From an uncultured Planctomycetota bacterium (GTDB taxonomy: Bacteria; Planctomycetota; Planctomycetia; Isosphaerales; Isosphaeraceae), in the NCBI GenBank assembly GCA_963845755.1, contig CAWJTV010000005.1, forward strand, positions 32,001 to 96,000: 64,000 nt of DNA, written 5' to 3'. The position numbers and the translations under genes were made by a program. Positions 33,621 through 45,302 of the stretch are shown piece after piece. How positions within the stretch are numbered: the first letter of the stretch is position 1; every line of letters starts with the position of its first letter. The notes beneath the pieces were generated by a model. The model saw only the letters and a list, made by a program, of their open reading frames with translations. It had not been told where the DNA came from and made no database searches.

Positions 33621-34735
33621 ATGGGTCCTCGCGAACGCCCCGGTCCGGTGCCGCCTTCGGGGGAGCCCGACCCGATCGAGGTCCTGATCGTCGACGATAG
33701 CGCCGTGATCCGGCAACGACTCAAGTCGATCGTCGAATCCGACGCGCGATTCCGCGTGGTCCTCGCGGCCGATCCGTTCGAGGCCGTGGAGCGGCTCAAG
33801 CGATCGGTTCCCGGCGTGATCGTGCTGGACGTCGAGATGCCGCGAATGGACGGATTAACCTTCCTCCGCAAACTAATGCGCCAGCATCCCATGCCGGTCG
33901 TCCTCTGCACGACGCAGGCGGAGCGGGCCGTCACCGCACTGGAGATGGGCGCCCTCGAGGTGATCGCCAAGCCCGACTGGAACAACGCAGGCCGGATGAC
34001 GGAATGGTCGCAAAACCTGCTGGAGAGCATCCGCAACGCCGCTCACGCCGGTCATCTGCCGCTTCGTGAGGATCGTCCGTCGGGGATGGTCGAACGTCGC
34101 TATACAGCCGATGCGATCCTGCGCAGCACCCGTACTCGCGCCACGCCGGGATCAGCGAGCAGATCATCGTCGTGGGCGTCAGCACCGGCGGCGTCCAGGC
34201 GCTCCACCAGTTGCTCCCCGGTTTTCCGGCGAACAGCCCCGGAATCGTCATCGTGCAGCACATGCCGTCGGATTTCATCCCCGCGTTCGCCCAGCGACTG
34301 GATAGAGATCCGACGATCGAAATGGAAGTCGTCGTGGCGCGACAGCATGAACCGATCCGCGCGGGACGGGCACTCGTGATTCCCGGCGACCAACACGGTC
34401 TGATTCGACGGGCGGGCGGCGGCTACCGCGTCGAGTTAGTGGATGGTCCTCCGGTCAGTTGGCACCGTCCCAGCGTGGATGTGCTTTTCCGTTCGGCCGC
34501 GCAGGCTGCCGGGCCGTTTGCTGCCGGCGCAATCATGACCGGAATGCGGGACGACGGAGCCGAAGGGCTCGTCGAGATGCGCGAGGCCGGCTCGTTCACG
34601 ATCGCCCAGAACGCGGCGACCTGCATCGCCTTTGGTATGCCCCGCGAGGCCATCCGCCGTGGGGCCGCGAAAGTGGTGGTGCCCCTCGACTCCATCGCCG
34701 CCACCATCATGGCCTGGGTTGCCAGCACTGCGTAG
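33621..34735 (+). CDS. cheB: Chemotaxis methylesterase with REC domain (frame break near 34125)
   Basis: REC LDVEMPRMDG; GVSTGG, VQHMP, HRPSVDVLF, MTGMRDDG, FGMP. Confidence 0.9.
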
Positions 34736-34792
34736 CAGTGTTCAGTCGTCTCTTGAACGGGCTGAGTTCGAGAGAAACTGAACACTGAAAAA
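34734..34792. terminator. Inverted repeat between convergent cheB and the DUF1559 gene
   Basis: CAGTGTTCAGT ... ACTGAACACTG. Confidence 0.45.
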
Positions 34793-34802
34793 CGAACGCT
34801 GA

Positions 34803-35953
34803 TCAGTACGAATCCGAGCTGATGACCTCGCCACCACTGATCGACCCGAGTTGGACCCAGGTCAGCGGAGAGATCGTATTCTTCATGAAGTGGACCGAGC
34901 CGTCGCCGAAGAGGGTGTTGACCCCGCCGGGATGTTAACTTCGGGTACCGGCCCATTCAGTTCCCTCATTTCCCTGGTTGTTGCAGAGTAGCCCGTTCCC
35001 TTGACTGTCGCAAAGTGAGCCGGGACTCGGAGGGCTGGTGCCTAGTCCCGAACTGCCGAACGACGCGATGTTGTCCGCGGAATTATACTGCACCGCGTTG
35101 GTAGGAGGCGACGTCGCCCAGGGTTGAATCAGCGGCACATAGTCCTGGTAGCCGTTGGGCCGGAACCGCGTCATGTACGAACCCGCGCCGGGATTGTCGA
35201 CCCACATGGTTCCGCGGAGGTCATCCGCCGCCCCTTGCAAGAGCTCCGAGACGAACTGAGTATTGCTGGTCCCGTCCGTGATCGAGGCGATTCGGATCGT
35301 GATCGGGCCACTGCCGGACGTATTCACTCCGAAGGGAGATTGCAGGAATAAGCTTCGACCGTTGGTAACGGAACCCCAAGCCCCGAAGACCCCCTGGCCG
35401 TAATCGAGGTTGCCCCAATTCACACCGTAATTCCCTTTGGACGGCGACCACGGAAGGGCGGGAAACTGGCCGAAGGTAGCGGCGGAGAGTGCGGCAAAGC
35501 TGAAGATCTGCGGGTTATCGCTCGGGCACTGAAAGGAATTGATACGTGCGGTGAACACTGTGCTGTTGATGACGAACCCTAACACGGCAGGCCCCTCCAT
35601 CCCAATCGAGAAATTGAAGGAGTTCGAAAGGGGTCCCTGATCGATATACGGAAGCATCAACGTGAACCACGGAGTGTTCTGGCAGTTGTTATTGAAGCCG
35701 GGACTCGAACACATGGCTCCCGGCATACCACCGGCGCCAACCCCAAAGATGGAACCGCAGGGCAAACAATTATTGGCCGATTCGTAGTTTGCAATGGCCA
35801 GCCCAAGCTGTTTGAGGTTGTTGGTGCACTGGGCCCGTCGGGCCGCCTCGCGCCGGCTTGAACGGCGGGTAAAAGCAAGGCGATCAACACGGCGATGATC
35901 GCGATCACGACCAGAAGCTCGATCAACGTGAAACCGCGGCGTCGTTCTGACAT
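34803..35953 (-). CDS. DUF1559 prepilin-type protein; frame break near 35855 and in-frame TAA at 34935
   Basis: [79 protein letters not shown]. Confidence 0.88.
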
Positions 35954-36258
35954 GGTTTAACCCACCCCTGAAGTCAATCGGTGAATTCTGGATGAGAACG
36001 GGCGTACTCCCGCCCAGGGAACGAGAAGGGCAGCGACGTTCAGTCGGTCTCCCATCGACCAATCCGTCGCCACCATCACACTAACATGACTCTACGCAGT
36101 TTGCGAGAGGTTCCCTCGGAAAAACCAGGATTCCTCCTCGATCCCAGGAATTAAGATGAATCCCCGCGTCGTCGAATTCAAGGACCGACTCGAAATATGG
36201 ACAAACTTCATGTGTAGGACCGTACTTTGAGGCCAGCGAGGCCTTGTTTTCGAAGGGT

Positions 36259-39228
36259 CTATCCGGCCGCAGGACCGCTCTCGGAGTGACGAAGTTGTTC
36301 GGCGAGGATCTGGATCGGGTGCCACGCCGGAATGTCCGCCAGGCCGTGGAGTTGGCTACGGCACGAGAATCCTGGTGCGATCAGCCGGGCTGTGGGATCG
36401 GCCCGGGCGGCCGGGATCAAGACGCGATTGGCCAGCGCCTCGCTGACCTCATAATGGCCCACCTCGTACCCGAACGAGCCGGCCATACCGCAGCATCCCG
36501 AGTCGAGTTCCTTGACTTCGAGTTCAGGGATCCGGCGCAAGGCCGCCAGGGTACTGGCGGTGCCGAGCAATGCTTTCTGCTGACAGTGGCCGTGGACGAG
36601 CACGCGCCCCGGCCGTGGGGCCATCGGCAGTTCGGGTACGCACGCCGGGTCGGCGACGAACGCCTCGACGAGCTGTGCCGCCGCGGCGACCTCGACCGCC
36701 TCGGCACCGAGGTGAAACTCGCGGTACTCGTCGATCAGCGTCACCAGGCAGCTCGGCTCACAGCCGAGGATGGGCATCCCCGAACGGACCGAGGAGAGCA
36801 ACTTCCGGACATTCGCCGCGGCCAGACCGCGCGCCAGGGGCAGCAGTCCCTTCGAGATCGCGGGGCGGCCACAACACGCCAGACCCGCTAGCTCCACGCG
36901 GTATCCCGATGCCTCCAGTACCTCCACCGCCGCAGTGCCCACTTCGGGATTATTGTAGGTCGTGAAGCAGTCGTCGAGCAGCAGGATCGTACCGCGCGTT
37001 CCGGCGCGCGCGTTGGGCCGATGGCGCCGGAACCACTTGCGGAAATGGTCTCTGGCGAACGTCGGCAGTGTCCGCCGCCGGTCGATGCCGGCTGCTTTCT
37101 CCAGCACCCATTTAAAACCCGCGTTACGGAGCATCGCGTTGGCCAGCGGAGCGGTCGCGGCGGCGAGCGGGTTGAGCCGGAAGATCTGGCCGAGCAGGAG
37201 ATGGCCCAGGGGACGCGCCCGGCCCTGATAATGCTGATGGAGTACCTCGGCCTTGAGCTTGGCCATGTTGACTTTCGAGGGGCACTCGGTCTTGCACGCC
37301 TTGCACTGGAGGCACAGGTCGAGCGCTTCGTGCAGGCTTTCGTCGTCGAGCCCGCGATTTTGGCTTTGCAACTCGCCGGTCATGGCCAGGCGGAGCAGGT
37401 TGGCGCGCCCCCGGGTCGAGTGCATCTCGTCGCGGGTGACCATGTAACTCGGGCACATCGTGCCGCTCGAGGTCTTGCGGCAGGCACCGACGCCCGAGCA
37501 CATCTCCACCGCACCGGCGAATCCCCCCTGCCCCGAGAAATCCAGCATCGTGGGATCGGGCTCGTGAGGGAGATAGTTCGGACCGATGCGGAGGTTATCG
37601 CCAGGGTCCGCATCGCCCAGGACCTTGCCCGGATTGAGCCGGTTTTCCGGGTCGAATGCGTGCTTGATCGTCTCGAATGCGGAATACACCTCGGGCCCGA
37701 ACAGTTTGCGGTTCCAGAGGCTGCGGGCCAGGCCATCGCCGTGCTCGCCACTCATCGACCCGCCATACTCGACCACCAGGTCGGAGACCTCTCGGGCGAT
37801 CAGTCGAAGCGTCTCGAGGCCTTCCCAGGTCTTCACGTTGATGATCGGCCGGATGTGCAAGCAACCGACATCAGCGTGTCCATAGCATGCGGCCGCAACC
37901 CCTCGGCGCGATACGATGGCACGGAAACGGCTGTAGAATTCGGGCAGCCGAACGGGGTCGACGGCCGTGTCCTCGACGAAGGCGATTGGCTTGGCATCAC
38001 CGACCATTCCCATGAGCAGCGAGAACCCGGCCTTGCGGATCTTCCAGAAGTCGTCCTTGTCGGCGTTGACGAGGCTGGTCCGAACCCCCAGCACGTCCGG
38101 CCGCCCTTCGAACCGCCGAACGAGGTCTTCGGTCCGGGCGGAGAGGACGTCGGTCGAATCGGCGTAGAACTGGGCGGCCAGGACGGCTGCGGGTCGTCCC
38201 TCGGTGAAGTTCAGGTGCCTGGCAAATAGGGGATTCTCCGCGGCCAGGTCGAGGATCATGCGGTCGAGCATCTCGACGGCCACCGGTCCGGTTTCGACGA
38301 TCTCGGCCAGGCGAGCGAGTGCAGCGGGGATCGTGGCGAACGAGATGACGACGAGCCCCTGCGCGGCCGGCAGCGGGACCAGTTTCAGCTCGGCGGCCGA
38401 GACGACCGCGAGAGTCCCTTCCGCGCCGACGATCAGTCGCGCCAGGTTGAACTGCCAGGGCTCCTCCTGCCACCCCATGGGCCGGACCGGCAGTCCGGGC
38501 ACGAACTCGTCGAGGTTATAGCCGCTGACCCTCCGCAAGATGTGGGGGAACCGTGCTCGGATCGCCGGCTCATGCTGGGCGACCACCTCGCGCACCACGC
38601 GGTGCAGGGCGCCGACCCTGTCTGTTCGCTGGCAGATCCCATCGAGCTGATCGCCCGCAATGGGGCCAAAGCGTGTGGTTGTCCCGTCGGCGAGAACGAC
38701 CTCGACGGCCCCGACGTGGTCCACCGTCTTGCCGTAACGTAGCGAGCGCGCACCTGCCGAGTTGTTGCCGATCATCCCGCCGATGGTGGCCCGGTCGCTC
38801 GTCGAGACGTCCGGCCCGAACATCAGTCCCATCGGCTTGAGGTGGCTGTTGAGTTGATCCAGAACCACGCCCGACTCGACGCGAACCGTCAGAGCATCGC
38901 GGTCCACGATGCCGATCCGATTCAAGTATTTCGAGAAATCGATGACGAGGCCAGCCCCCACAGTCTGGCCCGAGAGGCTGGTTGCGGCCCCGCGGGCGAC
39001 GATCGGGACGTGCTCCTCGGCGGCGATCGACACGGCGGCCCTCACGTCGTCGGCCGTCCTCGGCACGACGACGCCGATCGGTTCGATCTGGTAGAGGCTG
39101 GCGTCAGTCGCGTAGAGGCCGCGTCGTCCCGTGTCGAAATACACCTCGGCGCGGGTCTCGCGGCGCAGACGATCGGCGAGATGGTTCAGTGCGAGAGAAG
39201 GAATCGGGCTCGGCTTGGGGTTCGGCAT
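36259..39228 (-). CDS. FAD-linked oxidase/Fe-S oxidoreductase fusion (GlcD/YdiJ-like)
   Basis: YATDASLY, ATIGGMIGNNSAG, SGEHGDG, CLQCKACKTECP, CCGMAGSFG. Confidence 0.9.
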   Translation of the reverse strand: MPNPKPSPIPSLALNHLADRLRRETRAEVYFDTGRRGLYATDASLYQIEPIGVVVPRTADDVRAAVSIAAEEHVPIVARGAATSLSGQTVGAGLVIDFSKYLNRIGIVDRDALTVRVESGVVLDQLNSHLKPMGLMFGPDVSTSDRATIGGMIGNNSAGARSLRYGKTVDHVGAVEVVLADGTTTRFGPIAGDQLDGICQRTDRVGALHRVVREVVAQHEPAIRARFPHILRRVSGYNLDEFVPGLPVRPMGWQEEPWQFNLARLIVGAEGTLAVVSAAELKLVPLPAAQGLVVISFATIPAALARLAEIVETGPVAVEMLDRMILDLAAENPLFARHLNFTEGRPAAVLAAQFYADSTDVLSARTEDLVRRFEGRPDVLGVRTSLVNADKDDFWKIRKAGFSLLMGMVGDAKPIAFVEDTAVDPVRLPEFYSRFRAIVSRRGVAAACYGHADVGCLHIRPIINVKTWEGLETLRLIAREVSDLVVEYGGSMSGEHGDGLARSLWNRKLFGPEVYSAFETIKHAFDPENRLNPGKVLGDADPGDNLRIGPNYLPHEPDPTMLDFSGQGGFAGAVEMCSGVGACRKTSSGTMCPSYMVTRDEMHSTRGRANLLRLAMTGELQSQNRGLDDESLHEALDLCLQCKACKTECPSKVNMAKLKAEVLHQHYQGRARPLGHLLLGQIFRLNPLAAATAPLANAMLRNAGFKWVLEKAAGIDRRRTLPTFARDHFRKWFRRHRPNARAGTRGTILLLDDCFTTYNNPEVGTAAVEVLEASGYRVELAGLACCGRPAISKGLLPLARGLAAANVRKLLSSVRSGMPILGCEPSCLVTLIDEYREFHLGAEAVEVAAAAQLVEAFVADPACVPELPMAPRPGRVLVHGHCQQKALLGTASTLAALRRIPELEVKELDSGCCGMAGSFGYEVGHYEVSEALANRVLIPAARADPTARLIAPGFSCRSQLHGLADIPAWHPIQILAEQLRHSESGPAAG

Positions 39229-39589
39229 CGCGCTCGCTCCGCCTCAGTGGTCGACTTCGAAGTGCGCGGCGAGAGGCCGTCGAAAGCCTGGTGATCGATC
39301 GCCGCCGGCTAGCCTGGTCGGCGATCGTTGACGATGCGGGCAAACGGGTAGCGGGACTCATCGTTTCCTCCCCTCGCCGCGGGCTCGGCCGCCGGTCCGA
39401 CGGCGCGTCCGATTGTACCATAACGCATTCGATCATCGACTTCGTCCAATTGCATGAGGCCATTCCAGGCCATCGCTTTCACAGCCTCTCAATAATCGGA
39501 CTCCCGACGCGAATACGGGATAGTGCGAACTCTGCTCGGCGATAGATCACCGACTTACAAGCCAACGCCTGCGTGCGAGGAGCGGCCCG

Positions 39590-39970
39590 ATGGCATTGCA
39601 TTATCAAACCGAATATCGGCTCGGGAATCGCGGACGAATCTGTCGCTCATACACCGGGTTCCAGGCGTTGATTGCCATCGTCCTGGACCTGGTCTTCGGT
39701 CTCGCCTTCGAGCTGATCACGATGGTGTTTGCCCTCGCAGTTCGCCTGGTGATTCTGACCACTCGTCTTGCTGTTCGCGTCTTGACGGTCAACTGGCAGC
39801 TCCTGGTTGCTGCAATGACCCTGCTCGTGTATCTCCTCACCCTTCCCTTTGCTCTGTTGCACAACGCCGTTCATCGATTCCGGTCGCGGGGCGAGAACGA
39901 GCCGCACGATCGCGACGCCTATCCCGCCGCAATCCTCAAACCGACCTGGGCACTTAGCCGCGAGGTTTGA
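39590..39970 (+). CDS. Hypothetical membrane protein
   Basis: GAGGAG RBS; long hydrophobic stretches. Confidence 0.6.
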   Translation: MALHYQTEYRLGNRGRICRSYTGFQALIAIVLDLVFGLAFELITMVFALAVRLVILTTRLAVRVLTVNWQLLVAAMTLLVYLLTLPFALLHNAVHRFRSRGENEPHDRDAYPAAILKPTWALSREV

Positions 39971-39983
39971 GAGGAGCGATCCG

Positions 39984-40472
39984 ATGGAGGTTTTCGCCTT
40001 CGCGGGGTTCATCCTTCTCGATCTGCTCGCCTTCGCGTTTCTCCGCTTGAGGCTCGCCTCGAACGGTTCGGAGAAGCGACTGGCCAAGGGCTCGCCGAGT
40101 GTTATCGACTACCGGAAGATCATCCGGATTGCGTCCTTCTTGACGCTCGGAATCGCGAACGCGTGTCTCCTGATCGGTCTCTCGTTCCTTATCGGCTCGA
40201 AAACGGACGCCTCGCCCCTCCCGAGATCCGACCCCTTCCCCATCATGACGATCACAGGGATTGGCTTTTTGCTGACCCTCGCCACCTGGGTCGGTGCGCT
40301 CGTCGTCGCCGCACTCGTCGCAACGATCCGAGCCGTCGGGGAATTCATCGACGCGGCGCTTGGCTTGTTACTCCTGCACATGCAGCGAGATGGACGACGA
40401 GCCTCACCAAAGCCGCCTCGAATCACGTGTCGGAGCGGCGGCGTTGTGGACGAGTGGCTCGATGGTCCATGA
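39984..40472 (+). CDS. Hypothetical membrane protein (about 3 TM)
   Basis: GAGGAG RBS before MEVFAFAGF; hydrophobic segments; C-terminal GGVVDEWLDGP. Confidence 0.55.
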   Translation: MEVFAFAGFILLDLLAFAFLRLRLASNGSEKRLAKGSPSVIDYRKIIRIASFLTLGIANACLLIGLSFLIGSKTDASPLPRSDPFPIMTITGIGFLLTLATWVGALVVAALVATIRAVGEFIDAALGLLLLHMQRDGRRASPKPPRITCRSGGVVDEWLDGP

Positions 40473-40487
40473 CGGACCATCGTCACG

Positions 40488-42038
40488 TCACGGCATCGGC
40501 CCTCTGCCTCGACTGGTTGAACAAAATTCTCAGCAGATGCATCGAGCATGCGGCCAGGGCGTCCCCGCGCCGGATGGATGTAAATCGACCTCGGGTCGAT
40601 CACGTCGATCGGAGGCGGGGGAGGTGCCATCTCGTAGCGGACGGGTTGCTGGTGGTCGGAGATCTGGAGCTGGGGGTTATAGACGCTGTTGAATTTCCAG
40701 AGCATCTTGAGAGTGTTGGTCTGGCCGCGGGCGAGGTTGCCGGCCAGGATGCCGGCCAGTGCCTTGACGGCCGACCAGCCCAGGTGCTTGCGGTTGAGCA
40801 CTTGCTGGGTGCGGACAAGCTCCCCGTAGAACTCGGCAAGCGGGAGTCGCGTCGGCAAGACCGCGTGCTGGATGTCGAAGAGCCGATAGTCGCGCGAGGT
40901 GATTCGCCGCGACTCGGTCAGCCAGCTCTCGGTTCCGGGATACGGGGTGTTCACGCTGATATTGACGATCTCGGGGATCTCCAGGCACCATTGCCGGATC
41001 ACCTCGAACTGACGGTGGTCCCAATCCGGGTCGGCGATGATATTGAGCGCGACCATGATGCCCAGTGAGCGGGCGAACTCGATCGCCTCGAAGTTCTTCG
41101 AGAGTGTCACCCGCTTGCGGAACCGCTTCAGGCCCTCCTCGTCGATGGCCTCGACGCCCAGGAACATGTACTGGAGGCCCAGGGTCTTCCAGAATCGGAA
41201 AACGTCCTTGTTTCGCAGGAGGACATCGCCGCGGGTCTCGAGGTAATACTGCTTGCGGATCCCCCGGCGGGCGATGGCCTCGCCGATGGCCATGCCATGT
41301 TCGCCCTGGATGAAGGCCACGTCGTCGACGATGAAGACGCCGGGCTCTCGGATCCGGGCCAGCTCGTCGGCGGCCGCCTCAGCGTTCTTGATGCGGTAGC
41401 TCCGCCCATAGAAGGTCCAGGCGCGTACAGAACGAGCAATCCCACGGACAACCGCGGCTGAACTCGATCGAGGCACAAGGGTCGAGGACCCCGATGAAGT
41501 ACTTGCGGCGATGGCGCAAGAGATCGCGCGCGGGGAGCAGGTCCTCGAGTCGTTTGATGAAGCCTGGCGCCGGCCCCTGGCCTTCCGGCGTCACCACGCC
41601 GGGCACTTCGAGCAAACTGGGGCCGTCGCCGTGGGCGGCCGCATCCAGCAGCGGGACGATCGAAGCTTCGCCCTCGCCCTTGAGAACGCAATCGATGGCC
41701 CCTCCAGCGTGATCGAGCAAATCCGGCGCGACGAACGATGCACTATGACCGCCGACGAACACGAAGGTTTCCGGTCGAATCGATTTCGCCGACTTCGCCA
41801 GGTCGATGACTTCGGGCACGTTGGCGAGGTAGTTGTTCGAGATCGCGACGGCATCCGGCCGCCATTCCCGCACCATTCGCGCATAATTCTCGACCGGTTC
41901 CACCTGGAGGTCGATCAACCGCACGTCATGCCCCGCGCGCCGCGCCGATGCAGCGATCAGCTCGATCCCCAGCGGCTCCAGCCGCAGGAAGATCTTGGTG
42001 TACATCAACGGACTGGGATGAACGGCGAGGATTCTCAT
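40488..42038 (-). CDS. hpnR: Hopanoid C-3 methylase, B12-dependent radical SAM (frame breaks near 41425 and probably 40520)
   Basis: MRILAVHPSPLMYTKIFLRLEPLG, YLANVPEVIDL, RRKYFIGVLDPCASIEFSRGCPWDCSFC, YYLETRGDVL, VNTPYPGTE, DYRLFDIQHAVLPT. Confidence 0.88.
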
Positions 42039-42863
42039 TGTGATTCGTGGCAAGTGGTTGGTGGCTCGGGAATGCGTGGCCACGAACGCTCTCCGGCCAT
42101 TCCCTGGCCGGAGACCAAGAACGCGATCCTTCCGGAAGCGAGCTTGTATCAGGAAATCGTCAGGCCGGCTATAAGAAGGCAGCGGCTTTCGCTGAATTCC
42201 CCGTGGTTTTGACGGTACTCGCAAAGCAAACGCCGTCAAAGTCTTCTCATCTTTCGAGAGTTCTCACCGACCGGCTCCTGTGCTCGAGGGCGGTGCGGTG
42301 ACCCGCTCCGGACCGCGGGGATTCTCCGGGACGATCCGCGCACTCGTCTCGTTCGTCGCCGAGCGGTCGCATCCACCCCGGATCTCGGCACGGGTTGGCA
42401 CTCATGGACTGTTATTTGACAGGCCGCCCTCGCCGATCTCAGTGGCCCGAACCGATTTCGGGATATGTGCGTCCTGGCGCGGTCCGGTCCGGTTTTTGAC
42501 CCGCGGCTTTCAAAGGTCGAAAGGTGGATTGTTCAGGTTTGTGCACTTGATCTGTCTCGGAAGGCCGAAGGCGGAGAGTGGGGATCGTGCAGAATAGCGC
42601 CCTATGAGATAGGATGCCTCAACTTGGGAAAAACGTTAATGCACCTAGTCCCGAAATCGAGGATTTCGACTTCCGAACTCTCAATCGCAGAAGGAGTTAC
42701 GAAAAGTGAAAAAATATTTTTGATGGGGGATTGCGCATCGGCTACTTCTGCACAAATGAATAGAGAATTGAGGCAGGTAAGGAGCACACCGACGGACCCA
42801 CGTCACTTCCCATCCCGCCACCGCGAACGGCGCGGTCATCGGTGTTTCCGCTTTGGCGAGTAA

Positions 42864-43025
42864 GAACCTCTGGTTGTCCAGGGGAGGTCCGGGTTCAGAC
42901 CCACAGGAACCAGCGTTCACACCCCTTGAGGAGGCACCTTCGGCAGCCAGGATGCCCTCGTCGAGAACCGGATGGTTGACCCGGTAGCAACGCCCGAGGA
43001 GACTGGAGACGGCCCACGAAAGGTC
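42864..43025. ncRNA. Candidate structured RNA (long imperfect hairpin)
   Basis: Nested complementary segments ACCT/AGGT, TCCAG/CTGGA, CCGGGTTCAGACC/GGTTGACCCGG, GAGGAGGCACC/GGATGCCCTC in a 1.2-kb intergenic region. Confidence 0.3.
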
Positions 43026-43287
43026 GCGCTCCCGAGCGGTCCGGCGGCGGGAACGTGAGATTCCCCGACGCCCCTCTGCGCCGACAACTTGGATCAGGAT
43101 CGTCGGCAACCGATTAGCGCGCATCAGTCGAATGACTTGCCCAGACTCATGCGTGCCAAGGTGGGAGGGACTGGAAGAAGAGCGAGCCAGGACCGCGATC
43201 GACCGATCACGGAATGGCTCAACTGGCTCTCCGACAATGACTCGCTTCCTGACCGCTGCCGACAACTTGATCGCAAGGAGTTTGCCC

Positions 43288-45302
43288 ATGTCGAACAGTC
43301 CGGTCCAGAGACTGTCGGCCAGTCCCGGGAATCGATGTCGGAGCCGGGTCATCCCGGCTGCACTCCTCCTCTTGATCCCCGGCGTGTTCGTCGTGAGGGG
43401 CGACGAGGAGGCCAACTCGGTTTGGCCGAACACCCTTCGGTTGCAGCCGCTCGCCCCGGGGAGCCAGGGCCGCGACATCATCAAACTTCGGGCCTATGAC
43501 CATATCGGCTCCCCCTCATGCTCTCATGACGGCCGCTGGGCGGCCTTCGATGCGTTCAAGATTGTTTCCCCGGAAAAGGTGAGTTCACCGGAATGCTTCA
43601 TTGTGCGGTTGGACGGTACAGGGTTGAGCAAGCTGGCGGAGGGGACAACCCCGCGGTGGTCCCCTGATGGAAAGCGATTATTGTTCATGCGTGAGGGCCA
43701 AGGCGACCCCGATAAGGACCTGGGCGTCTTCGTGATCGACCGCGACGGCACTGGCAAGCGGCGGATCGGTCCGGGACGCTGGCCCGACTGGTCGCCCGAC
43801 GCATCGCAAGTCGCCTATTCACGAGGTGGTCCGGATGGCGGCGGTGCGCGACCTGGGGCCCGGATCTATATCGCCAAGATTGACGGATCCCGCCCCAGAC
43901 AGCTCTGCGATGGAGATTGCCCAAGCTGGTCGCCCGACGGTCGGAGGATCGCCTGTTGCCGCGTTGATCCAGGCCGTCCGGCGCCCGAGATCCGAGTCGT
44001 CAACGTCGAGACCGGCAAGGGATCGACCGTGGGAACCGGATGGTACCGCCCCGACTGGTCGCCCGACGGGAAGAGCCTGATCTGTAACGGGCAGGTGGAT
44101 CGGGATCAGGTCATGGTCAAGCTCTCGCCAGACGATCCCGGAATGCCACCTGTAGCACTCCCAGCAGGCAAAGGACACGGAACGTCCCCCTGTTATGCCG
44201 GCGAGGCGAGCGCCTGGGTCTTCGTCGATGAGCGCTCGCGGGCCGGGAATGCCGATCCACCGCATACCTTCGACGGGAGATATGATATTACGACGATCGA
44301 TTTGACGGTTGTTTACCTCGTGCCCAAGGACCGGCGGGCGTTGGTTGACTGGCGCGAGCGAGTTCGACTACTTCACGAGGCGCATCGCGGCGTTCCACCA
44401 TCGAGAGTCGGGGGGCCGATCGACGCTGCGGATCCATGTTCATCCCGATCCGCTGGTCGCTCCACGGACCGCGCGGGAAATCCGCGGCGACGACCCCGAC
44501 CAGACCTTTGATCACTCGCTCCATGAGGCGCGATCGGCTCTCGGCTGGCCGCGAAAACGGGATGGATTTCCCATCCTGTTCGTCCTGAGTGACATCAACT
44601 GGCGCGAACTCGACGATTTCCATCGGACGATACTCGTCGATCGTGTTCCGCAGTTCGAGGGATCGGTCGATGCGGAAGGACGCCATTTTCCTGGTGCGCC
44701 GTCAGGTGGCTCTCGGGCGATGTACCTTCCGGATGAGGGGATTGGGCTCGGTCTGATCAGCGGCGACGGCTGGCGCGTGCCGTACAGCGGTTCGGACAGT
44801 GCGGTCTATCACGAGGCCATCGGCCACCCGATCGGCCTGCCACACCCAGAGCCGATCGATGATTCGGTGATGGGCGTGGCCCAATACCGGTACTGGATCA
44901 ACCAGACCTGGCTCAATGATTCGCAGAAGCGGGCTCTGGGCTTCTTGGTCCGCGAGGAGCCCGGCGCCGCGAAAGCGGCCCGGCCAACGGTGCGCGACGA
45001 CCTCTTCACGGCCTTCACGGCGTTGCAGAACCCAGTCGTCCCGAGGACCAACGAGCCCGTGACGCTTCGGCTCCGTTGGCCCGAGGGCGTGAAGGTGCGA
45101 GAGCTGAAAGCTGCGCGTGCAAACCGAGCTGTCAGGGCCGTGGCTGGCCCTCCCCATCGGTTCTCCGGATCGACTTCCGTCCACTTTGGATGTGGGACAA
45201 TTCGACCGTCCCACGCCAGTGAGCTATCGCCTTGATGCGACCCTTGAGGACGGACAGTCGGTTGAGCTTTGGGGTTATTTCCAGGTCGTGTCACCCAAAT
45301 GA
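43288..45302 (+). CDS. Secreted TolB-like (PD40) beta-propeller fused to a zinc-metallopeptidase-like domain (frame breaks near 44365 and 45110)
   Basis: AAGGAG RBS; repeated PxWSPDG; YHEAIGHPIGLPH...DSVMG. Confidence 0.75.

Noticed and set aside
40109..40487. C-terminal extension of HpnR over the opposite-strand gene
   Set aside because: Antisense to the 39984-40472 gene; one frame correction gives a stop at about 40488
42040..42860. Cobalamin riboswitch upstream of B12-dependent hpnR
   Set aside because: Only an isolated GGCAGGT near 42772; the other conserved elements were not found in order
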